A DNA stretch of 32,000 nucleotides from Horticoccus luteus. Its GTDB lineage: Bacteria > Verrucomicrobiota > Verrucomicrobiia > Opitutales > Opitutaceae. This document shows positions 25,236 through 32,000 of the stretch, one piece after another. The translations under genes and the position numbers were made by a program. Location of the stretch: positions 3,570,001 to 3,602,000 of the forward strand of contig NZ_CP080507.1 of the NCBI RefSeq assembly GCF_019464535.1, written 5' to 3'. Positions within the stretch are counted from its first letter, which is position 1, and each line of letters opens with the position of its first letter. The notes below the pieces were generated by a model that saw only the letters and a list, made by a program, of their open reading frames with translations, ran no database searches and was not told the DNA's origin.

Positions 25236-25500
25236 AGATTCGAAGATCGGCGCGACCGCTCGCCCTTCCCGCGCCGCGAAACATCAAAAGACACTCGCGA
25301 CATGATAAATTGGGTGAGGCTGGAACAGGGAGCGAAACCGCGCCTGTTATAGAGAGTCGCCTCTCCGGCAACAAGGGGGTGAATCTACGTAAGCGCAGGG
25401 GCGGCCAGTGGGCGCCGCCCCTTGGGCCGCGTGGCCGACGCTGTCTCGCCACGCGGTTTTCGCCTGCACCTGCCGCCTTGCTGGCACCGGACCTCACGAG
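25236..25500 (-). promoter_or_regulatory. Long structured 5' leader of the TonB-dependent receptor gene (multi-hairpin; class unknown)
   Basis: Perfect stems read directly: 25427-25435/25448-25456 (9 bp), 25397-25405/25414-25422 (9 bp), 25352-25356/25361-25365 (5 bp; the tetraloop reads GCGA on the minus strand), 25324-25329/25343-25348 (6 bp). Confidence 0.35.
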
Positions 25501-25564
25501 GTCTTTCCCGTGCAAATGTGTTGACTTGGAGGGAGCGTTGGAAAGTTTTTCACGTTCCATTTTT

Positions 25565-25639
<75 letters not shown>

Positions 25640-25687
25640 ACGTTTTTTCCCAGTCGCCTTATTCACGCGTCAGATGGCGTGCGCCTC

Positions 25688-25762
25688 GCCGGCGTAGCTC
25701 AATGGCAGAGCACCTGTTTTGTAAACAGGCGGTTGCAGGTTCGACTCCCGTCGCCGGCTCCA
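25688..25762 (+). tRNA. tRNA-Thr (anticodon TGT), CCA encoded
   Basis: Acceptor GCCGGCG/CGCCGGC, D-arm GCTC-AATGGCA-GAGC, anticodon arm CCTGT-TTTGTAA-ACAGG, T-arm GCAGG-TTCGACT-CCCGT (one A-C mismatch and one G-T pair), discriminator T, then CCA. Confidence 0.85.
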
Positions 25763-25808
25763 GCTTCCGCCATCCGTCTCGCCGCTTGGCTTCGTCAAAC
25801 TTTCTCAC

Positions 25809-25882
25809 TGCCCGATGGTGTAATGGTAGCACAAACGACTCTGACTCGTTTTGTCTAGGTTCGAGTCCTAGTCGGGCAGCCA
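25809..25882 (+). tRNA. tRNA-Gln (anticodon CTG), CCA encoded
   Basis: Acceptor TGCCCGA/TCGGGCA (U1-A72 pair), D-arm GTGT-AATGGTA-GCAC, anticodon arm AACGA-CTCTGAC-TCGTT, T-arm CTAGG-TTCGAGT-CCTAG, discriminator G, then CCA. Confidence 0.9.
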
Positions 25883-26137
25883 GCAAGACGGGGAAAGTTG
25901 GGAACGAAGTTGACAGGCCACCACCGCGAAGACCTAGTGCTCCTCCCTCGTCTCTCCCCTTGATCCCTCCGAGCCTTCCTTGCCGCGCCGTCGGCACCCC
26001 TCGCTTGTGTTACCCGCCCTCGCGGTAGCGTATTGCCGGAGCATCGCGCCCTTTTACGGACCACTTGCCCTCTCTCTTTCTCTCTGAAACACCAGAATCC
26101 CTTGGCTGAACTTTCTTAATCGTAACCAAAATCTCCT

Positions 26138-26797
26138 ATGACTACGCTCTCCCTCCCGATTGGATTTCTTCTCGGCGACCAGACTCCGATGGAGTTGTTT
26201 CACAATGGCGGCCCGATCATGTGGCCGATTCTGCTGGTCTCGTTTGTCATGATCACCGTGGTGATCGAGCGCATCCTGTTCATGATCCGGGAAAATGCCA
26301 GCCGTGAGCCCGAGGTCGTCCAAAAGATGCTCGAACACGTCGAGAATCGCGACGTCGAAGGCGCACTCGCCATCGGCCGCAAGAGCAAGGATTTCATCGC
26401 TCGCATCCTGGTTTACTCGCTCAGCCACCGTGAGCACTCCCTCTCCAACGCCTTCATCCGCGCGTCCTCTCAGGAGCTCAACCGTTACAGCCAAGGTTTG
26501 GCCACGCTCGATACGGTCATCACCGCTGCCCCGCTCCTCGGTTTGCTCGGCACCGTCACCGGCATGATGCGTACCTTCGGCAGCATGACCGGCGATCTCT
26601 CCAGCGCCGCCGGCCAGATCACCGGTGGTGTCGCCGAAGCGCTCATCGCGACGGCCTGCGGTCTTACGATCGCCATCCTCGCCCTCTTCCCTTACAACAT
26701 CATGAACTCCCAGATCGAGAACGCGAAGCACAACATCGCTGACGCTTCGAACGCCTTGGAGATTCTGCTCAAGAAGTCGGAAACCGAAGTCCGCTGA
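26138..26797 (+). CDS. exbB: MotA/TolQ/ExbB proton-channel family protein
   Basis: 219 aa, three TM segments, with the conserved LATLDTVITAAPLLGLLGTVTGMMRTFG and GVAEALIATACGLTIAI regions. First gene of the exbD-exbD-tonB operon. Confidence 0.9.
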   Translation: MTTLSLPIGFLLGDQTPMELFHNGGPIMWPILLVSFVMITVVIERILFMIRENASREPEVVQKMLEHVENRDVEGALAIGRKSKDFIARILVYSLSHREHSLSNAFIRASSQELNRYSQGLATLDTVITAAPLLGLLGTVTGMMRTFGSMTGDLSSAAGQITGGVAEALIATACGLTIAILALFPYNIMNSQIENAKHNIADASNALEILLKKSETEVR

Positions 26798-26852
26798 ATT
26801 TTCGTCTAAGGACGAAGCAGCGTAATCGTTAGCCCTCAGACTCCTTCTCACC

Positions 26853-27269
26853 ATGTCAGGCTCCTCCGGTGGCGGCAAAAAAAGCGCACGCATTGAGATC
26901 ATTCCGCTCATTGACGTTATCTTCTTCCTGCTGGCTACATTCGTTTTGTTCACGCTGTCACTGAACAAATCGGAGGGCCTGCCCGTTTCCCTCCCCGGCT
27001 CAGAAACCGGGGAAGCGCGCGATCCCACGGGTTCCCACACGATTACCATCACCCAGGAAGGCACTCTCGCGTGGGACAAGGATCCGGTGACGCTGGATGA
27101 ATTTCAGGCCCGCCTTGCTCAATACAAGACCGACCTGCATCCGAAGATTTTGATTAACGGCGACGAAAACGCCATGTTCAGCCAAGCGATCTACGTCTTC
27201 GACGAGGTGCGCAAAGCCGGTATCAGCAAGGTGCTCGTCGAGACGAAGGTGCGTCCTCCGAGTTCCTGA
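26853..27269 (+). CDS. exbD: Biopolymer transport protein ExbD/TolR (paralog 1)
   Basis: 138 aa. ARIEIIPLIDVIFFLLATFVLFT holds the conserved Asp in the TM helix; an ExbD-type periplasmic domain follows (ILINGDENAMFSQAIYVFDEVRKAGISKV). Confidence 0.9.
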   Translation: MSGSSGGGKKSARIEIIPLIDVIFFLLATFVLFTLSLNKSEGLPVSLPGSETGEARDPTGSHTITITQEGTLAWDKDPVTLDEFQARLAQYKTDLHPKILINGDENAMFSQAIYVFDEVRKAGISKVLVETKVRPPSS

Positions 27270-27305
27270 GCCCCCGGTAGATCAACCCTTTAATCACTTC
27301 CCATC

Positions 27306-27740
27306 ATGGCAGAAGGCGGCAGCGTTAAACTCGACGAAGGCAAGAAGAAGGCACGCATTGAGATCATCCCTCTCATCGACGTCATCTTCTTCCTTCTCGC
27401 CACCTTTGTATTGTTCACGCTCTCGCTCGCGAAGATTCAATCCGTGCCGATCAATCTCCCCGTCGCCAGCAATGACCGGACGCCCAACAAAGACGACGAA
27501 CCGGTCCGTCTCCAGATTTCCGATCAAGGCACCTGCTATTGGAACCGCGAGCTCATCAACCTCAGTGAAATCGAGCCCCGCCTGACCCAATACATGAGCC
27601 AGAACGCCAATCCCCGCGTGCTCATCGCTGGCGATGACAAGGCGAAATTCGGCCCCACGGTCCAAGTCCTCGACGAAGTGCGCAAAGCTGGCATCCAGCA
27701 AGTTTCCGTCGAGACGCGCGTCTCCAGCACCGGCCATTAA
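27306..27740 (+). CDS. exbD: Biopolymer transport protein ExbD/TolR (paralog 2)
   Basis: 144 aa with the same ARIEIIPLIDVIFFLLATFVLFTLSL anchor as paralog 1 and VLIAGDDKAKFGPTVQVLDEVRKAGIQQV. Confidence 0.9.
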   Translation: MAEGGSVKLDEGKKKARIEIIPLIDVIFFLLATFVLFTLSLAKIQSVPINLPVASNDRTPNKDDEPVRLQISDQGTCYWNRELINLSEIEPRLTQYMSQNANPRVLIAGDDKAKFGPTVQVLDEVRKAGIQQVSVETRVSSTGH

Positions 27741-27756
27741 TCCTCGTATCTCCACC

Positions 27757-28407
27757 ATGCGCCGCGATCTCATAATCGGTGTTATCCTTTCCCTCGCCAT
27801 TCACGGCGGCGTGGCCTGGCTTCCTCAATTGTTCAAAGGCGGCACCAAAGCCCCGCCGCCGAAGGAAGAAGTCACCACCATCGAGCTGATGAAAATGCCG
27901 CCGCTCGAACCGGAGGAACCCGAGGAAATTCCCAACGATGAGCCCCAGACGCCCATCGAATTTGCGCCGCCCATGCAAGCCGACGTGCCGCAAATCGTCC
28001 CGGTCGACGCCTTCGTTCAACAAATCCAACCGCCCCCACCGGAAGGGCTGAAGCCGAATACCGGCGTCATCACCATTCCCCAAGGCCGCCCCGGTGGCTT
28101 CGGCAAGGGTATTGAGATTTTCGACGTTTCCAAACTCGACAAATCGCCGGTTCCCAAGGTCCGCGTCGCTCCCAACTATCCGTTCGAAATGAAACGCTCG
28201 GGAATTACGGGCGAAGTGGTCGTGGACTTTATCGTCGACACGCATGGCGACGTGCAAAACGCCTTCGCCGTTCGCTCCACCCAACGGGAATTCGAGCAAC
28301 CGGCCGTCCAAGCGGTCTCAAAGTGGAAATTCACCCCGGGCCGCAAAAACGGCCGCGCGGTGTACTCCCACCTTCAGGTTCCCATCGAGTTCAAATTAGA
28401 CGACTAA
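27757..28407 (+). CDS. tonB: Energy transducer TonB
   Basis: In-frame ATG at 27757 within track ORF 27634..28407. N-terminal anchor LIIGVILSLAIHGGVAW (contains His), a Pro/Glu-rich spacer (PPLEPEEPEEIPNDEPQTPIEFAPP), and a TonB C-terminal domain (APNYPFEMKRSGITGEVVVDFIVDTHGDV...AVSKWKFTPGRKNGRAV). Confidence 0.85.
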   Translation: MRRDLIIGVILSLAIHGGVAWLPQLFKGGTKAPPPKEEVTTIELMKMPPLEPEEPEEIPNDEPQTPIEFAPPMQADVPQIVPVDAFVQQIQPPPPEGLKPNTGVITIPQGRPGGFGKGIEIFDVSKLDKSPVPKVRVAPNYPFEMKRSGITGEVVVDFIVDTHGDVQNAFAVRSTQREFEQPAVQAVSKWKFTPGRKNGRAVYSHLQVPIEFKLDD

Positions 28408-28414
28408 TTCTCCC

Positions 28415-29821
28415 GTGATCGAACATCTTACTCGTCCCGCCGCCCGGTGGTTAAGGGGTGCGCTACTCCTCTCCACTCTCGCCGCTCTCTCTGCCCCTCT
28501 GCTCGCGCAGGAAAAGGAGCGAGAAGTCCCTCAGTTGACGGAACGCACCTCCTCGGAGCTCTCCAAGCTGCAGGGTCTCGTCGATGCGAAGAACTGGGAC
28601 GGCGCGTTCGCCATCCTTAACGCGCTGCGTTCAACCGTCCCGCCGGATAGTTACGACTACGCGCTGGTCTCCGACATCATCGGCAAAATTTATCTCCAAA
28701 AGGGCGATTACGACAAGGCCTTGGAGCCCATCGAAACCGCCGTAAAGTTGGCCGATGCCAAGCACTACTTCGACCAGCAGTCTCAACTCGCCAACATCTA
28801 CTTCCTCGTCCAGCTCTACTACCAAGCCGCGGTCGCTCCTCACGTCTCCCACGAAGAGCAGGAAAAGGATTTCGAACAATCCCTGAAGTATTTGAAACGC
28901 TGGCTGGAAGCGACGCCCAAGAAAACCGACGACGCCATCGGGCTCTACGCGAATATCCTCTACAACCGCGCGGTCGCCGACCCCCAGCACGTCGACAAGA
29001 AGATGCTCGACGAGGCCAAAGCCCAATGCCTGGAAGGTCTGCGTCTCTCCCCGCGCCCCAAGGATTCCTTCTACATCCTTTTGCTCGCCTGTCTGCAGCA
29101 GGAGCAAGATTTCGCCGCCTCCGCTGACATCCTTGAGATTCTGGTGAAGCGCGTGCCGACCAACAAAACCTACTGGCAACAATTGGCGACCACGTATCTC
29201 AACATGGCGGGCGACAAGAATCCCGAGCGGGCTCTTGAGTTCAACGTCCGTGCGATCAACACGATCGAGCGGGCTCAGGCCCTCGGCATCATGGATACGC
29301 CGAAGGATAACTACAACCTGATCAGCATCTACTTCAATATTGGCCAATACGGCAAAGCCACCGATCTCCTCGCGAAAGGTCTGCGCGACGGCTCCGTCGA
29401 CAATGAGCAAAAGAACTGGGAGCTTCTCGCGTATTCCTACCAGCAGCTCAATCGGGAGACCGCGGCCATTGACACGTTGAAAGAAGCATCGCGCCGCTTC
29501 CCCAAGGCCGGCCAGATCGACTTCCAAATCGCCCAAATCTATTACGGCTTGGACAAGACAGAAGACGCGTACCACTACCTCGTCGAAGCGACCAAGAAGG
29601 GCAATCTCGAGAAGCCGGCCGCTGTCTATGGCTTCATGGCTTATCTCGCGTTCGACGCCAAAAAGTATGACGAAGCGCTGGCCGCCGCCGACAAAGCCCT
29701 CTCCCTGCCTGACTCCAAGACAGACAAGCAACTTCCGCAACTCCGCCAAGCCATCCAGCAGGTCCTTCACGACCGCGAAGCCAGCAAGGCCGCCGAGACT
29801 GAATCGGCCAAAGCTCCCTAA
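28415..29821 (+). CDS. Secreted/periplasmic tetratricopeptide-repeat protein
   Basis: 468 aa, GTG start. Signal peptide LLLSTLAALSAPLLAQ, then repeated 34-residue TPR-like units (for example IGKIYLQKGDYDKALEPIETAVKL and ISIYFNIGQYGKATDLLAKGL). Starts 7 nt after the tonB stop. Confidence 0.85.
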   Translation: MIEHLTRPAARWLRGALLLSTLAALSAPLLAQEKEREVPQLTERTSSELSKLQGLVDAKNWDGAFAILNALRSTVPPDSYDYALVSDIIGKIYLQKGDYDKALEPIETAVKLADAKHYFDQQSQLANIYFLVQLYYQAAVAPHVSHEEQEKDFEQSLKYLKRWLEATPKKTDDAIGLYANILYNRAVADPQHVDKKMLDEAKAQCLEGLRLSPRPKDSFYILLLACLQQEQDFAASADILEILVKRVPTNKTYWQQLATTYLNMAGDKNPERALEFNVRAINTIERAQALGIMDTPKDNYNLISIYFNIGQYGKATDLLAKGLRDGSVDNEQKNWELLAYSYQQLNRETAAIDTLKEASRRFPKAGQIDFQIAQIYYGLDKTEDAYHYLVEATKKGNLEKPAAVYGFMAYLAFDAKKYDEALAAADKALSLPDSKTDKQLPQLRQAIQQVLHDREASKAAETESAKAP

Positions 29822-29835
29822 TTTACTTACGCCCA

Positions 29836-30378
29836 ATGAAGAAAGTCTATTTCATCTTCCCGACGCTCCTGCTGATCGTCTTCATCGCGCTCTATTGGAA
29901 TTTTAATTCCAAGCACGCTGCCGTGGAGGCGCACAAGGCACAAGTCATCCGCCAAGCGAAGGAGGACAAGCTGCGCAAGGAAGCCGCCGATCGCGAGCAA
30001 GCCATCAAGGAAGCCGTCGCCGCCAGCGACCGCCGCAAGGCCGAGAAAGCAGCGAAGGAAGCAAAGGACAAAGCCGACAAGGACGCGCGCGAACTCGCCC
30101 TCCAGGCTCGCGACAAAGCTTTCGCCGAGCGCCGTAAATTCTCCGATCAGGTAGCGAAACTCAAAAGCGATATTGAGACGGAGAAGCGGGCGATCGAAAA
30201 GATCCAGGACGACAAGAAGGACGCCGTCACTGAGGAGAATTTCCTGCGCGACTACGTGAAGAAAGCGGAAGTCCAAGTGAAGGAGTATCGCGCTGTCCTC
30301 GACAAAATCGCCGCCGCCGACGCTGCCGCCGAAGCTGCCGCGCGCGCCGCCGCCCGTGCCCAGAAGGAAAAATCCTAA
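29836..30378 (+). CDS. Membrane-anchored coiled-coil protein, Lys/Glu/Ala-rich (TolA domain II-like), paralog 1
   Basis: 180 aa. MKKVYFIFPTLLLIVFIALYW (N-terminal TM), then a continuous charged helix-type sequence (AKEDKLRKEAADREQAIKEAV...KAEKAAKEAKDKADKDARE...) and an Ala-rich tail. Starts 14 nt after the TPR gene stop. Confidence 0.7.
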   Translation: MKKVYFIFPTLLLIVFIALYWNFNSKHAAVEAHKAQVIRQAKEDKLRKEAADREQAIKEAVAASDRRKAEKAAKEAKDKADKDARELALQARDKAFAERRKFSDQVAKLKSDIETEKRAIEKIQDDKKDAVTEENFLRDYVKKAEVQVKEYRAVLDKIAAADAAAEAAARAAARAQKEKS

Positions 30379-30390
30379 CCCGCATCTTCC

Positions 30391-30927
30391 ATGAAAAAGT
30401 GGTTCTACCTCATCGCCCCGGCCTGCATGCTGGTGGTCTTTATTTTCCTCTACCTCGGCTCGACCAAAAAAATTGCCGAACGCGATCGCCAGATCGCTGA
30501 AAAGGCTCACGCGGCCAAAGTCGCGGAAGACCAACGCAAGGCCGAGATCGAAGAGAAGGCTCGTTTGGACGCTAAACGTCACGCCGAGGAGCGCGCGGCC
30601 GAAGAAGCCAAGAAGGAAAAAGAGCGCGCCGAAAAATGGGCCGCGGTCGGCAAGGATATCCAAGACCAAACCGACGGCTACAATAAGGAAGCCGAAAATC
30701 TCTCCAAGACGGTGGCCGAATTGCAACAGCAGCTCGTGCAGCTTCGGAAAAGCAAGGAAGCGGCCAACCTTGAATACTTGGCCGCCATCAAGCAGGTGGA
30801 ACTCGCCCGCGTCGACAAGCGCACGGCAGAACTCGATATTCAGCGCATGACCGACATGATTGCCAAGCGCGCCGAACAGAGCGCCATGGCCAAGCCGCCC
30901 GCGCCTCCTGCACCGGCGAAGTCCTGA
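30391..30927 (+). CDS. Membrane-anchored coiled-coil protein, Lys/Glu/Ala-rich, paralog 2
   Basis: 178 aa. MKKWFYLIAPACMLVVFIFLYL (TM), then EDQRKAEIEEKARLDAKRHAEERAAEEAKKEKERAEK..., a second heptad-like region and a PPAPPAPAKS tail. Same architecture as the preceding gene; starts 12 nt after it. Confidence 0.7.
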   Translation: MKKWFYLIAPACMLVVFIFLYLGSTKKIAERDRQIAEKAHAAKVAEDQRKAEIEEKARLDAKRHAEERAAEEAKKEKERAEKWAAVGKDIQDQTDGYNKEAENLSKTVAELQQQLVQLRKSKEAANLEYLAAIKQVELARVDKRTAELDIQRMTDMIAKRAEQSAMAKPPAPPAPAKS

Positions 30928-30935
30928 TCCGTTTC

Positions 30936-30965
30936 AAACCCCGCTGCCCAGCGGGGTTTTTTTTT
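30936..30965 (+). terminator. Rho-independent terminator ending the exbB...coiled-coil operon (possibly bidirectional)
   Basis: aaaCCCCGC-tgccca-GCGGGG followed by 9 T (30957-30965). The preceding AAA allows function for the convergent kinase gene too. Confidence 0.8.
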
Positions 30966-30995
30966 GGCCTTTTACTCAGGCCGAGCGGAGGCGGC

Positions 30996-32000
30996 CTATG
31001 CATCCGTCGGGGCAAACTCGCGGGCTTCGTGCACCATCGCCGCAAGCGCCGTCTCGATGCGCGCATACCAGCCCGCTGCAACCGCCGCAGAAGCCGCCGC
31101 CCCCAAGCAAGCCCGCTCCAGGCAATCCGTGGTGACTACGGGGACGCGCAACGCGTTCGCCGTGATTTGCAGCAGGAGCGGGCTGCGTGCGCCACCGCCT
31201 GTTGCAACCACCCGCCGCACCTTCTCGCGAACGACAGTTCGCACGAGTTCGGCATGACGGTTTGCGATCGCCTCCGCCATGCCACGCAGCGCCGACGCAT
31301 GCGGCCGGAGGTTTGCCCCCAAAATCACTCCGCTGTCGTCCTGCGCCGCGAGCAACGTTGCCAACGGCACCTCCGGGCAGTGCTGCTGTTGATACGCTTC
31401 CAACGGCCCCGCTCCGTCCGGATCAAAGGCCAGCCGGTAGAACCGGTCACCCGTGCCCGGTCCGCAATAGCATCCCGGCAGCGGCTCGACTCGATCGACC
31501 ATGGTTAACGCGGCGAGGACCGTCCCGGTCGAAATGCTCACGTCGGCCACCACCTCGATACCTGAGCCCAACGCCGCCATGTAGTGATCCAGCGCACCGA
31601 CCGCGAAGGGAAGACCAGCCCGCAACCCGACAAGCTCTTGTGCGGCGCTCCGCGTGACGAGGCCACCCGTGCCCGGAGCCAACGGCTGCGATAACACCTT
31701 CTCCTCAACCTCGAATGCCGCCAGCGCTTCCGGCCACCACCTTTTCGTTCCGAGATCATACAATCCCAGCAATGCCGCCGTGCTGCTGTCACCGACGCGT
31801 TCTCCGGTGAGCGCGCAGGTCAGATAATCGGAAATCGTCATCGCCCGCACCACGCGGCCCCACGTGGCTGGATGGTGCGTTTTCATCCAGCGCCATTTCG
31901 CGACCGCCATCTGCGCGTTGACGCCCGCCCATCCGATACGGCGGCGAAACTCCTCTGTCTGGCCGAACGCCGCCGCGTTTTCTGCCAATGGATCCCCCCG
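30996..32000 (-). CDS. FGGY-family carbohydrate kinase (C-terminal ~335 codons; N-terminus beyond the right edge)
   Basis: The track ORF 30996..31988 starts at a TTG, but the frame stays open to position 32000. The FGGY C-terminal signature VVATGGGARSPLLLQITANALRVPVVT and the GDSSTAALLGLYDL / AVGALDHYMAALGSG segments fit xylulokinase/glycerol-kinase-like enzymes. Confidence 0.8.
   Translation of the reverse strand, partial: RGDPLAENAAAFGQTEEFRRRIGWAGVNAQMAVAKWRWMKTHHPATWGRVVRAMTISDYLTCALTGERVGDSSTAALLGLYDLGTKRWWPEALAAFEVEEKVLSQPLAPGTGGLVTRSAAQELVGLRAGLPFAVGALDHYMAALGSGIEVVADVSISTGTVLAALTMVDRVEPLPGCYCGPGTGDRFYRLAFDPDGAGPLEAYQQQHCPEVPLATLLAAQDDSGVILGANLRPHASALRGMAEAIANRHAELVRTVVREKVRRVVATGGGARSPLLLQITANALRVPVVTTDCLERACLGAAASAAVAAGWYARIETALAAMVHEAREFAPTDA

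Noticed and set aside
25301-25312. ATGATAAATT patch in the receptor leader resembling half of a Fur box
   Set aside because: Only about one half-site matches the 19-bp GATAATGATAATCATTATC consensus, and the other half is GC-rich and unrelated. This is insufficient to call iron regulation.
25381-25430. Possible cobalamin riboswitch upstream of the TonB-dependent receptor (minus strand reads GCGCCCACTGGCC, reminiscent of the GCCACTG core of the B12 element)
   Set aside because: I could not find the other conserved cobalamin-riboswitch elements in the expected order: the GGGAA / GGTG-AA-TCC region and the 3' AGCC-GAAGACCTGCC-type box. The CCACTGG lies in a simple hairpin loop. The region is kept only as a structured leader of unknown class, and cmscan would settle it.
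25521-25549. TTGACT (25521-25526) as the -35 box of a tRNA operon promoter
   Set aside because: No convincing -10 hexamer lies at 16-18 nt; the candidates are AAGTTT and AGTTTT. It is plausible but not supportable from sequence alone.
25081-25560. 159-aa minus-strand ORF overlapping the receptor N-terminus and leader
   Set aside because: It is out of frame with the receptor, Arg/Gly/Pro-rich, and would span the hairpin-rich leader. There is no supporting motif.
26054-30726. Minus-strand ORFs 26054..27079, 27294..27800, 27622..28311, 28631..29836 and 29827..30726
   Set aside because: They are antisense to exbB, exbD, tonB, the TPR gene and the coiled-coil genes. The + strand products have canonical ExbB/ExbD/TonB motifs and operon-like spacing, and the antisense translations are featureless.

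Overview
High-GC bacterial chromosomal window with no transposases, integrases, CRISPR arrays or rRNA. Taxon cannot be established without a search. Absent Shine-Dalgarno motifs and the TonB-receptor/ExbBD/TPR content would fit a Verrucomicrobiota- or Bacteroidota-like lineage, which is inference only. Order of content: hrpA helicase (C-terminal part off the left edge); four small uncharacterised + strand genes (4-TM protein, DUF1697, DUF6933-like, Cys-rich zinc ribbon); a ~10.5 kb co-directional minus-strand array pabB-pabC-rpmI-rplT-pheS-pheT-gatC-gatA-gatB; divergent folP-folB-folK; a NarL/LuxR response regulator; a small His-rich membrane peptide; a minus-strand string of TonB-dependent receptor, gamma-glutamyltranspeptidase and TPR sensor kinase; a tRNA-Lys/Thr/Gln cluster; an exbB-exbD-exbD-tonB-TPR operon ending in two tandem paralogous membrane-anchored coiled-coil proteins; and a partial FGGY sugar kinase. 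Most noteworthy: (1) a palindromic repeat family whose four arms each carry four CAC(A/G)GAG heptamers at an identical 9-13-9 spacing, inside the gatA|gatB and pheS|pheT spacers in opposite orientations; (2) the TolA-domain-II-like tandem paralogs appended to the Ton motor operon; (3) a roughly 250-nt multi-hairpin leader with an ATGA-coupled 23-codon uORF ahead of the TonB-dependent receptor; (4) a strong intrinsic terminator between rplT and pheS crossed by a Phe-codon-rich frame, a possible attenuator; (5) the receptor-GGT-sensor kinase module. No complete, obviously novel multi-gene system such as a defence island could be demonstrated. The many long Arg-rich ORFs in the track are antisense artefacts of the high GC content.
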